DNA from: Octopus sinensis
Taxonomy: Eukaryota
DNA: 64,000 nucleotides
NCBI RefSeq assembly: GCF_006345805.1
Contig: NC_043002.1
Coordinates: 115,816,001 to 115,880,000, forward strand
Direction of reading: 5' to 3'
Position 1 is the stretch's first letter. Every line of letters starts with the position of its first letter. Both the position numbers and the translations under genes were made by a program. Under the pieces are notes generated by a model. The model was not told the origin of the DNA. It worked only from the letters and a program-made list of their open reading frames with translations, and searched no databases. Of this stretch, positions 53,162 to 64,000 are shown piece after piece.

Positions 53162-53811
53162 TAATGTTATATGACACATGTCAATTTTTAGCTTCCCAAC
53201 ATATCAACTGTAGCCAAATAGTAGCTTCCATTCTGAAAGCCGGAATGAAAAGGCAAATCAAGCTTGCGACTGCTGGCCACATTGACTCTGTGTTTAACAG
53301 TTTTTTTGTTTGTTTTTTTAAACACGACCAGGTTCATTTTGAAGGTCAGGAAAAGGCTGGAAGCTTCTGGCAGGAACATGTTATCTATAACCAAGATACA
53401 TTCTCAATGGTTAGACATCATCAAGATAGTCAAGCTCATCCAGTAGGTCCAGGACATCAATGACCTCAATAAATCAATAAGGATCCATCAAGCAGGTTAA
53501 GGTAGCAAAATCTACCATCGAATATTGTGCAAGGACATCAGGTGTAAGTCCCACATTGGGAGAACTGTGTCTGCCAGTTGAGGGGTTTAATGAACGAGTA
53601 CAAGGGCAGGAAAAACTTGTCATGTTCTATTTCTCTGATAATCCTGGGGTTGGGAGCATTCAAGCACTAGACATAGTGCTACAAATCCTGTGATCAAGTA
53701 GGGCTTTTGGCTTTTTTTCAATTCTGCTGTTTCCCAGTGTCTTGTTCTAATGGGACTTTCACTGTTATTATCACTCATCAGCTTTTTGCAGTAAGTAATC
53801 TATCAACCTAG

Positions 53812-54110
53812 TGGAGGCACATGGCCTAGTGGTTAGAGCAGCGAACTCACGATCGAGGGATCGCAGGTTTGAATCTCAGACCAGGCGATGTGTGTGTTTA
53901 TGAGCGAAACACCTAAGCTCCACGTGGCTCTGGCAGAAGGTAATGGCGAACTTCTGCTGACTCTTTCACCACAACTTTCTCTCACTCTTTCCTCCTGCAT
54001 CTTGCAGCTCACCTGCGACGGACTGGCATCTCGTCCAGGTGGGGAACCTATATGCCAAGGAAACCGGGAAACTGGTCCTTATGAGCCAGGCATAGCTCGA
54101 GGAGAAACAA
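53812..54110 (+). mobile_element. tRNA-derived SINE, second family
   Basis: A box tggcctagtggttag, B box ggtttgaatctc; body shared with 61491-61795 up to actctttcaccacaactttc. Confidence 0.85.
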
Positions 54111-54686
54111 ACAATCTATCAATCTTGTTTTCACTCAGTCTCACTGTCCAGTCAATCATGTTACCCAAACCAGCTCATTAAGCATAGTGCCTACCTTCAC
54201 CTCCCTAGGAGTGGCTGTGCATGCTCCTGCAGGATTCCCTCCCATATGACCCACACCACTCAAAAGTAACTGATCGCAAATTTTTGTCATCACATGACCT
54301 CCTAACTCTCCTGGGTTGACCTTTCTGAACTTCTATATCTAGGTCATCATCAAGTAGATCAACCAGCAGCCCCTACAATACCAAAGACTTGTCAGGGATA
54401 TCAAAAATAACATGAACAAGCACCACCTCATCTTGGCATCCTGTCAATGGCTGCTTGGAGACTGGCATTGAGATTAAGGATGTTTTATTAAATAATCTGT
54501 TTATCCAGTGTACCTGGGGGGGGGGCAGAATATATCCCCCCCCCACCATTTTAATAGCTTCCTTTTTCTGTATATTTTATTTGTTCTCACTTAACAGATG
54601 CACCCTAAAATCTTAATAGGGTTAGGTGTATGAAGGAAATGGATCCCCATGACCTTCACAAGGAATATTAAGATTGATACCCTTAA

Positions 54687-55328
54687 CCCTTTTGATACCA
54701 AACCACCTGAAACTGCACTTGGTTCTATGATACAAATTACCTGTTTTAAAATAACCTTAATTAAAACCTTCCATCAAAATTTCATGTTAATTTATGTTCC
54801 AAACATCAACTTAACGACCAATTTATTTTACTAAATTCTTCATTATTTTCAAAATCTAGTTCAAATAAAGGCAGTGCATTTCATCGGAATTATGGTAACA
54901 AAATGGGGATCTTTTCACTTTGACTGGCAGTTTTTTAAAATAAATTTTTGAGTGGCAGTTTTTTTAAACTTCATATACTGGTTGAATGTGTTTATAAAAC
55001 ATTTTTTTCTCTTGGCTTTACTGAGAAAATTCTGTAGTTTGTAAGATATTTTCTTTAATTTCTGCAGTTTCAACCAATCAATGACATCTATTGAGGTGAA
55101 AGCATTCTCTCCTTAAACATTTTCTGGCAGTGATATAGGAAATTGTCCCTCGTTTAAGAAACAGATTGGGTTTATTTACTTTCCTGAAGAAAAAAAGATA
55201 CCCCTCACCCTAACCCTAGCACAGATTGAAATGCAATAGATCGATACTAGGGTCATAACTATGGGTGACAATTTCATATGACACCGCTAGAAAAAACTGC
55301 CAGTCAAAGCGAAAAGATCCCAAAATGG
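54687..55328. mobile_element. piggyBac-type TTAA MITE hosting the Merlin MITE
   Basis: TTAA|CCCTTTTGATACC...GGTAACAAAATGG|TTAA once the nested element is removed. Confidence 0.75.
54907..55320. mobile_element. Intact 414-bp Merlin-like MITE
   Basis: TIRs GGATCTTTTCACTTTGACTGGCAGTTTTT and AAAAACTGCCAGTCAAAGCGAAAAGATCC; perfect 8-bp TSD CAAAATGG at 54899-54906 and 55321-55328. Confidence 0.9.
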
Positions 55329-58070
55329 TTAATGTTTCACTTAAAAATTTTCAAGGCGATAGTTGCAGGGAAAATCATTGTGCTAGGATGGATTCTACAG
55401 GGTTGATATTATGGGGTAGAATGACTGGTAGTAGTAGTCAGAGCATGGCCACTACTAGGGTGAACATATTGTTGATGAAAAAAAAGGGAGATAAGTGAGG
55501 CAGGAGTGCCTAAATGGAAATCACAAAACCAGCCACAACTTTAAAAATACTTCAAAACTTTGTGCTGGATTGAGCAATCCAAATGACATGTGGACAAGAG
55601 GATAGAATTTTTGAGATGTTGTGATTGCTGAAACTGAAATATTAATGTAAACAAGTATCTGATAGGTATCGACTTAATTAATTGAGAAAAGGTTTACTTC
55701 TGCTTTAGATATGAAAGAAAGATCGTGAATATAAAGGTGTGGCAACTTAATTGATTATTCTATAATCTCTGCATAACTATCAACCACTGGTCTTCCTTGC
55801 TGCTGTATTGATGGCTTGATGCTGCTGAATTATAGGTGAACTTGGTTTTTATTATCTTTTGCCTATAATGGATGTGAATGTAGTCATCTTGCTTACAGAG
55901 CTGGTCTTGATAACGTGGTTGACAGGACAATGAGACTGAGTGAAAAGCATGTTGATACGTTACTTACTGCAAATAGCTGATGAGTGGTAGCATCAGTGAA
56001 TTTCTGTCAAAGTCCTCCTTTAGGCTGAAGTGCTGGGAAAGTTCAGAACTGACAAGAAGCCAATGAAACTAACAACATTAACAAAAGTCATTTGGCTGCC
56101 AATGATTTGAGTTCAATTCCACTGTGTGTCATGTTTGTCAAATGTCTTCTATGGGACCTGACCAACCAATGTCTTGTGAGTAAATTTGGTAGATGGAAGC
56201 TTCAGAACAGATATAACACCAACTTTACAAGCAGGAACTTCGAATTCCTACAGCCACCAGACTAGTTTACTGGTACCTTGTATAGACTAGTACATTGCAT
56301 GTTACAATATTAATAAACTTGTATCATTTATACTAAAGCAGAGGTACCTGTATTTCATTTAAGTAAATTTAATATTTGTCTAATTTTGAGTTACCAAGGT
56401 GACCACCACTAGTTTGGAAAAACCAGTTATCCAGAATGGCTTTAGAACTGAAGGATGGAGAAATTCAATGTTGTACTTATATATGACAGTGCCATCATCA
56501 TCAACAACATTTTAACAGCCATATCATTTGCAGGCAATTGACATTTTATGTTGTCAGTTTCATTGGCTTCTTGTCAATTCTGAGCTTTCATATCAGGAGA
56601 CTTTCTTGCTATACAGTAGGACTAAGCCTGAAAATATATGGTTTGGAAACAAGATTCTCAACCAAGAAGAATAAGGGGTAGGGATTCCAACCAGTTGCTG
56701 TTGTTGCGATTAGCTTTAAAAGTGGATTTCAGTTACTGGTAGAACCATTTCACCATATCATTGGCTGCAGGATGGTAAGCAATTCCAAGAAGAGATTGAA
56801 TTCATTTTGATGTCTTCTGTCTGTCTGTTAAGGGTACAGGAGTAAAAAAAATTATATATTATTATATTTTGTATAATAAAAGTAAAATTTTAAAATTCAG
56901 AAGTGGATATAAAGATCAAGTAAGATAAGGATATATAAACCAATTTAAGACCTAAAAAAGCAGATTAATTTTATATAGATAGAAACTTCATAATACTTCA
57001 TCCTAGCAAAATTTAAGGTGGTCATGATAATAGCATTCAAACAATGAACCCAAATTATATTCAGATTTCATCAAAGAAAGGGGTATACATTTTCTATTGA
57101 CTGAAAACCTGGGATCAAATGCAAAAAATGAAATAATTGGTTCTATAACAAATAAACTTATTTGAAAAATATAATTATATAAAAAAAATTCCAACATTAT
57201 AAAAAAGTCTTAACAGATGTAAGGATATAAGAATATATATACATATATATAATACACACAAATATGTATATATTTATATATGTGTAAATAATGAATATAT
57301 TATAATTATAAATAACTAAAAAATATAGATGTAAATATTGTATTGTATTATATCTTCCCATGATTAATTGCAGATAAAAGTTACAGCACTTCCGCAAATC
57401 ATAGAATGTTACAACAGTATATAACAGGGTAAATAGGTATACAAAATTTAATAATATAATATGAACTAAAAGAATAAATAAAATGCACCAAAAAATGAAA
57501 TGAAATATTTATGCACACACAAGACACACACACACACACACATATATACATAATTTATAAAATGATAAAATAGACATAAGGTTAAAAAATAAACTTAAAG
57601 TTAAAATTTTTTCATTGCTGAAGCCATAAGATATATACTAGATATAAGGAGAGATAAAGGATAACAAAATAAAGATAATAATAAAAAATAAAACTAATAA
57701 GAATAAAATAATAATAAATAATAAAGATAGGTCAAGGTATTCCTGCAGTTTTATAAAATATAATATTACAGACACTGTTGTATGTAGAATTATATAGTTC
57801 CTAGGGGGCACAGAGTATACCTAAGAGAGGTGTATGATCTGATAACTCATTACAAATATCCCTATTTTAACTGATAGGGCAGAAAGTCTTGGAATTGAAG
57901 GAAAACCAGTGTAATCACCATATAAGATGAATGCAGACTAAACTGGTAGGGGTTATAAAAGGGCAATATTATATGTAATATATAATTTACTGTACTAGAG
58001 GGTATGATATGAAAGATATGACACCCCAGATAATTTCTACCATCAAATTCTAAACATGATGAGTATAATA

Positions 58071-59620
58071 TTATTTGTTTCCAAAATATTTAAATGTGTG
58101 GGTAATGCTATGCATGCAGGATACCCCAAGGTCTAATCTATTATTAATTAGGTTATTCTTGTCTCTGTACTTAAAAATCTCATAAATTTCCATAGAACAA
58201 AGTTCGCATCTGTATCTGCTATCTTTATATGGTTGCACTCTCCATACTATATCCCATTTAAGGCTAAATTTACTCTTGCTTTCTTTAAGTTCTCATATCT
58301 TACAGTATAAACAAGTACTATTAGCTTTATGTCTAAGTCTAAATGATGAAAGATGGATATTAAGGCACTTTTTTCATATTTATTGAACACCCTGTATAAG
58401 TAAAGTTACTAATTCCAGTCAAAATTGCGCATTTGTAAACAATATTTTGGGCTAAACAATGACCTAATAATGGGCATTAGGATTTTACCCTACAATTGCA
58501 GCCTGGAGTATTATTGTTGTTATTATTATTATTATTAACACTATTATTATTACTATCACCATTATTTATTGTTAATAGTAGTATTACTTCTATCATTTAT
58601 AGTATCACTTAAATTCATTGCAGCATCACCAGGTATTGTGTCAATAATGCCTGAGTTATTATATAAAGCGGTATCATTGTTTATATTATATATATTAGTT
58701 TTGTTGTTCCGGATTCCTACATACCCATTATTATTATCATCATTACAGGGGTTTAAAACATTATTGACAACATTAGTGTTATTATTAATCCCTCATGCTA
58801 ATTTTATATTTCATCTATTAAAATGGGCTATAATAGAATTTGCATTGGGAAGGGTAGAATACGAGATTCTGATTATCTTATGGAAGAAGATTCTATTGTA
58901 GTTATGGGCAGCTGAGAAGTTTTATACTAAAATTGCCATAAATGTATTATATATGTTGGTAGATATAGCACAGTTAGAGGGAACATTATACCAGACTACA
59001 TTATTCTTTCTAGACTTCTTATGTTTATGAAAGTGGATCCTATCTATTCTTCTATTTCCTCCTGAACTCTCTGCTTGATTGTTAAGTATGGCTCCATTAT
59101 TGGTATTTATGTTATCATTAGAGGAGGACACATTCAGCTCAATCATATCCCTACCATTATTATACATATTACTCATCCTACTGACCATAAATTCCATTTT
59201 CTTATTGTTATATATCTTATTCGTTGATTTTAGGCTATCCTAGTAGGTTTATCTTCTCGACTAGGTGGGATTTTGTTCCTCTTTTCCCTTATATTTTCAT
59301 TATCAATTTTAGTAGGTATCTGACTTTCTGAATTAAGGAAAGTAAGCTCCTGATTATATCTTGCCTTAGAAAGAGCAGAGTTATAGTTGTGGGAGCATGA
59401 ATTAAATATATATGAGCTGATAAATGTGTAATTTGTCTTGAAATTCCTTTTACTACCAATTTTAATACATTGGGGAATGATTAGAAGATTTGCTCACATA
59501 TGTAGTAACTTAATCCGGTTTTCTATAAGAGTAGTATATGACCTTATGCATTCGATGATGGCAGTGCGTTCCAAATTGATGTAATATTTGCAATGTTCAA
59601 TTAAATGGAGCTGCCTGAAA
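58071..59620 (-). mobile_element. Decayed Penelope-like element: RT thumb, linker and GIY-YIG endonuclease with Asn-rich inserts
   Basis: Minus-strand translation gives SSNHSP..IFNSCSHNYNSALSKARY, NVVWYNVP (IIWFNPP), RISYSTLPN, GCNCRVKS*CPLLGHCLAQNIVYKC..YTG, LKWDIV and RCELCSME. RT palm absent. Confidence 0.8.
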
Positions 59621-59746
59621 CGGCCATAATGCACTAATACCTTGACGTCCTTGTTACTTATTTGCTTTAAATATAGATATATATGCATGCATGTATGTAT
59701 GTATGTATGTAATTTATATATTTATATATGTACATATCTATATATA

Positions 59747-60825
59747 TCTCTTATGATAAAAGGCAGATTTTCTCTGCCTGTTACCATGTTCGTTTTTAAT
59801 ACAATTGTACAATATACAATTTCTTCAATTGGAATTTACCTATGATTTTTCGAAGTAGATTCGATTGGGTCATGGCATATAAATTTTTTTCAATTTGACC
59901 CCCAATTAAGCAAAAATTAGATCAAACTCAATATTTTACGATTTGCCTCTCTCATTTCAAATGCTTCACTCTTTCTATTACCACACTTTCTGCTACTTTC
60001 TCTTTGCAAGTGTACACACACATAGACACGCAAACATATACATATACGATTGCCTCTCTCATTTCAAATGCTTTCCTCCGTCTATTACCACACTTTCTCC
60101 TACTTTATCTTTGCAAGCGGGGAAACAGATACACGTGCATTGTTTTTTGAGAAGTTCTTTTGAAGTTGGTGTGCATTGGAAGCATTGATGTACATGTGTG
60201 CGTGCGTGAGTGTGTGTGTGTGTGTGTGTTTGATGGGGTGTGTGACACAGAAAGTGTGGTGTGTAAGTGAAGTGCTTTTGTTAGTGTGTGTAAAGAGACA
60301 GAGAGAGTAATGTTGTGCTGCGTGTGTATGTGTGAAAGACAGAGATAACTGAACTATTTTTATTCACTTTTTGTAGTGTGTGACTGAGAGAGAAAAGAAG
60401 AGAGACAGGTTATGTATGTATATATGTATGTATGGCTTCAGTGACACACACACAAAAACACATACCTACGTACACCTAAAGCACGCACACACACACACGA
60501 ACGGAGCACGAACTTCAAAAGAACTTCACGCTCTATCTATCTGGTTTGCCATTCCTCACACACACACATACACATGCAAACATATACATATATGACAGTG
60601 ACAAACACAAATGTTTCAAACAACTACATACAAACACTCAAACACACACGTGTGTGTTTGTTATTAGTAAAAAAGGCGCCAAACACAATTCACTTTCTCA
60701 TTCGAACACATTTGCAAACACACACTGACGGTCAAATTGCCATAACTCAACAGAAAAGGTAAATTGGTTTTTAATTTACTTTCTGTGGCTAAATTTTGGT
60801 AGTATTAATTGGCGAGCGTACTTCA
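59747..60825 (+). mobile_element. Probable non-autonomous Helitron with internal microsatellites
   Basis: A|TC start (TCTCTTATGATAAAAGGCAG) resembling the 61068 element; degenerate 3' end. Confidence 0.45.
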
Positions 60826-60886
60826 GTTGTCAATTGTTGAAAGAAAGAAATTGTAAGCTAAGAAGGTGTGTGTGTGTATGTGTGCA

Positions 60887-60926
<40 letters not shown>

Positions 60927-61067
60927 TGTGTGTGTGTGTGTAGGAAGTGAAGGATAAAAATATGGCAAGAAGTGGACAGATGTACATATATACATACGTA
61001 CATCCATACATACATACATGTGTGTCTGTGTGTGTGTGTATGTATGTGTATTAATGTGTGTGTGTTA

Positions 61068-61456
61068 TCTCTCTATATATAAAGCTGAAGTTGTCTGTGT
61101 GCGGCAGGTTTGGTAGCCTTCAACTAACACTATCTCCTCCGAGACCCTGCGGCGCAAGTTGACCAAAATTGAGAGTATGATAGAAGAAGGGTTGCTCTTC
61201 CTTCTGTAGAAGATAAAATTCAAATCGGACCATGTTAACACCAAAAATTATTTACATCAAAAAGCTGCTTTTTTCTATGAAAATCCCTATTTTTATGATT
61301 TTTTGACTGCTGTGTCGCCACTTTTCGGTGTATTTCAACCAGAAAAATGTTCACTTGAAGAGAATAACAAGCTACATAATGCAAAATTTTTACTTTTCAA
61401 AAATTTCAATTTCAGCAGGTCGAAACAAACCCGAGCAACACCGGGCGATACTACTA

Positions 61457-61457
<1 letters not shown>
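61068..61457 (+). mobile_element. Non-autonomous Helitron
   Basis: Inserted A|TC...CTAG|T with no TSD; subterminal hairpin CCCG-agcaacac-CGGG about 12 nt before CTAG. Confidence 0.85.
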
Positions 61458-61490
<33 letters not shown>

Positions 61491-61492
<2 letters not shown>

Positions 61493-61795
61493 AGGTGCAA
61501 TGGCCCAGTGGTTAGGGCAGCGGACTCGCAGTCGTAGGATCGCGGTTTAGATTCTCAGGTCAGGCGTTGTGAGTGTTTATTGACCGAAAACACCTAAAAG
61601 CTCCACAAGGCTCCGGCAGGGGGTGGTGATCCCTGCTGTACTCTTTCACCACAACTTTCTTCCACTCTTTTTTCTGTTGGCCTGCTCGCTTAGCCAGCGG
61701 GGTGGCATCATTCGAAGGCTAAAACAATGCGAATGCATTGTGACCAGCGATGTGTAACAACATCTGATGGTCTGGTCGGTCATGTGATCACGTGA
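61491..61795 (+). mobile_element. tRNA-derived SINE
   Basis: A box tggcccagtggttag and tRNA-like head; related to 53812. Confidence 0.85.
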
Positions 61796-61886
61796 TATAT
61801 ATATATACATATATACACACACACACATATGTATGTGTGTGTATGTATATGTATGTATGTATATATATATGTATATATATATATGT

Positions 61887-61920
<34 letters not shown>

Positions 61921-61929
61921 GTTATCGCC

Positions 61930-62366
61930 ATACTAATATGGCATTCTTATAAAAATAAGAAAAAAGCTGTCCGCTTATTAGCTCCATGAGGCCATCGCCT
62001 TAAGTTAGCTATTTGATACACAAACTGTATCCATATAACCTTCGAACAAGGGAGGTCAGTCACTCCACACTACTTGACCGGCAGCTACAGACGCGTTTCG
62101 GGGTATTGCCCCTTTTCAATGCAGCATAGCCAGCCAGTAGGTGTCGCTTCCGACAATCTCTGTTCGATGGTTTTATTTACCTAGTTTCGGTGGAATACAT
62201 CCACTTGTTTTCAATAATAGAAATATTAAAATAACTAAGTCTCTCTAAAAGAGAACAGCGGCAGCGTTCCCGGAAAATAATAATAATATTATAATATTAT
62301 TATTATTTTCCGGGAACGCTGCCGCTGTTCTCTTTTAGAGAGACTTAGTTATTTTAATATTTCTAT
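61930..62366 (-). mobile_element. Penelope-like terminal repeat with hammerhead motif(s) and an inverted 5' duplication
   Basis: Hammerhead at 62084-62125, second motif at 62171-62222, perfect palindrome at 62217-62366, microsatellites on both flanks. Confidence 0.75.
62084..62125 (-). ncRNA. Minimal type I hammerhead ribozyme with U3-A8 variant core
   Basis: GCUGCA UUGAAAA GGGG-caaua-CCCC GAAA CGCG U C UGUAGC: 6-bp helix I, 4-bp helix II, palindromic ACGCGU helix III, GUC cleavage triplet. Confidence 0.8.
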
Positions 62367-62394
62367 ATACATATATATATATATATATATATGT

Positions 62395-62984
62395 CATCAT
62401 CATCATTTAACGTCCGCTTTCCATGCTAGCATGGGTTGCACCAGGCTCCAATCTTGATCTGGCAGAGTTTCTACAACTGGATGTCCTTCCTAATGCCAAC
62501 CACTCCAAGAGTGTAGTGGGTGCTTTTACGTGCCAGTCAGGTGGTACTGGCAATGGCCACAAAAAAAATCTTGTTTTTTTTCATTTTAATTTTTTTTACG
62601 TGTCACCTGTACACCGGCACAAGTGCCAGTAAGGCAATGCTAGTAACAGTCACGCTTGAATGGTGCTTTTTACATGTCACCGGCACAAACGCCAGTTAGC
62701 TGCTCTGGCAACGGTCATGCTCGGATGGTGCTCTCAGCACTCCACTAGCCATCGAATTTGATTTCAATTTCACTTGCCTCAACAGGTCTTCACAAGCAGT
62801 GTCCTATGAAGGGAAGGTACGTATAAGTGGGCTGGTTACACCCATGGCATAGGCCACAAGGTTATGGTCTCATTTGGTTTGCCTGGTCTTCTCACGCACA
62901 GCATATTTCCAAAAGTCTTGGTCACTGGTCATTGCCTCGGTGAGGCCTAATGTTTGAAGGTTGTGCTTCACCACTTCATCCCAG
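62395..62984 (-). mobile_element. RTE 3' end with diverged hairpin modules
   Basis: (CAT)n tail, conserved terminus, modules, cacttgcctcaacagg anchor and KTWDEVV-region remnant. Confidence 0.85.
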
Positions 62985-63136
62985 CTATCCTCATTCATTC
63001 TTGCCATGTATATATATATATATATATATATAAATTAATGTAAGGTTATATTAACCTCTTAAAGGGATGATTACATCCAAGATAACACTGGTTTTATACC
63101 TTATATTATTGGAAAAAAATTTCCCTAAAATAAATA

Positions 63137-63298
63137 GGCAGAGGAGTGACTGTGTAGCAAGTAGCTCGCTTACCAGTCACATGGTTCCAGGTTCAGTCCC
63201 ACTGTGTGGCACCTTGGGCAAGTGTCTTCTACTATAGCCTCTGGCCGACCAAAGCATTGTAAGTGGATTTGGTAGACAAAAGCTGAAAGAAGTCCATC

Positions 63299-63330
<32 letters not shown>

Positions 63331-63540
63331 GTGTGTATATGTTTGTGTGTGTGTGTCCCCCAACATCGCTTGGCAACTGATGCTGGTGTGTTTTTGTCCC
63401 TGTAACCTAGCGGTTCGGCAAAAGATACCGATAGAATAAATACTAGGCTTACAAAGAATAAATTCCTGGGATCAGTTTGCTCGACTAAAGGCGGTGCTCC
63501 AGTATGGCTGCAGTCAAAATGACTGAAACAAGTAAAAGAA
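63137..63540 (+). mobile_element. Full-length tRNA-derived SINE, the most abundant family in this window
   Basis: Head with ggttcagtccc B box, ggcaccttgggcaagtgtcttc core, central TA/TG microsatellite, tail ending gactgaaacaagtaaaagaataaaga. Confidence 0.9.
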
Positions 63541-63776
63541 TAAAGAATATATTAAGCATATAATGTATATTCAATTAATAGAAGAAAATGGCGAGTTAAT
63601 GGTGAATAATTAATTTATTCAGAAATATTAAATTTCCAAATCTCTCAGAGACATGCACGGTGGTGGGGCGATAGAATGGTTGTATACTGTCAATCTAACA
63701 TGAACGTGACAGTAGGGGGCTACACCACCGCTGCTCAGCCCTAGGAAGCATCGACGCCTCCTGATGGCTTTGACAC

Positions 63777-63893
63777 ATTTCTCTCCTCTGTACTTATATA
63801 CATTTACGAAGGGGAGACAAACACCCCCAGGCCTGGCAGCTGGGGGTGTTTGTCTCCTCTTCGTAAATGTATATAAGGACACAGGAGAGAAAT
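63777..63893. repeat. 54-bp near-perfect inverted repeat with a 9-nt loop
   Basis: Arms 63777-63830 and 63840-63893 differ at three positions. Confidence 0.92.
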
Positions 63894-64000
63894 TAATTTA
63901 TTAACATATTGATAATCATTCTTACAATTGTTTCAATTAATACTCAATAAATTACAAATTTATGTAATAAATTTGCATGTTTAAGTTGTGAGCAAAGTAT

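Noticed and set aside
53200-53750. Coding exon of a second host gene
   Set aside because: No clean splice-bounded frame; the minus strand has an LDYLDDV motif more consistent with an old RT remnant.
53812-53890. tRNA genes (also 31781, 48537, 61491, 63137)
   Set aside because: A and B boxes are present, but there is no complete cloverleaf or acceptor stem and each continues into a SINE body.
57040-57085. Third hammerhead downstream of the Penelope remnant (minus strand TTTGATGAAATCTGAA..TTTGGGTT)
   Set aside because: Partial core and a weak stem only; the required GAAA and cleavage triplet are missing.
60200-61060. His/Thr- or Cys/Val-rich ORFs (also 42557-42982 and 61646-61989)
   Set aside because: Translations of CA, TG and TA microsatellites.

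Overview
AT-rich, repeat-dense animal genomic DNA. The SINE and RTE families resemble those I recall from octopod cephalopods (inference, no search run). One host gene is supported: ARL1 (Arf-like GTPase 1) on the + strand, six coding exons across 12539-50119 giving 180 aa: [180 protein letters not shown]. Its 4-nt first coding exon is invisible to the ORF track. The rest is nested mobile DNA: R4/Dong, RTE, L1/Tx1, Gypsy, Penelope-like, mariner, maT, Merlin, piggyBac-type MITEs, Helitrons, tRNA-derived SINEs and microsatellites. The best leads are: (1) two different hammerhead ribozyme motifs, each beside an inverted duplication; one has the compensatory U3-A8 core next to a perfect 150-bp palindrome, the other lies downstream of a tRNA-like Pol III head; (2) a Merlin-type inversion with an inverted 8-bp target-site duplication, the footprint expected from reversed-ends alternative transposition; (3) a modular hairpin array in the RTE 3' UTR that expands and reorders between copies; (4) a PHD-like finger inside the RTE RT region.
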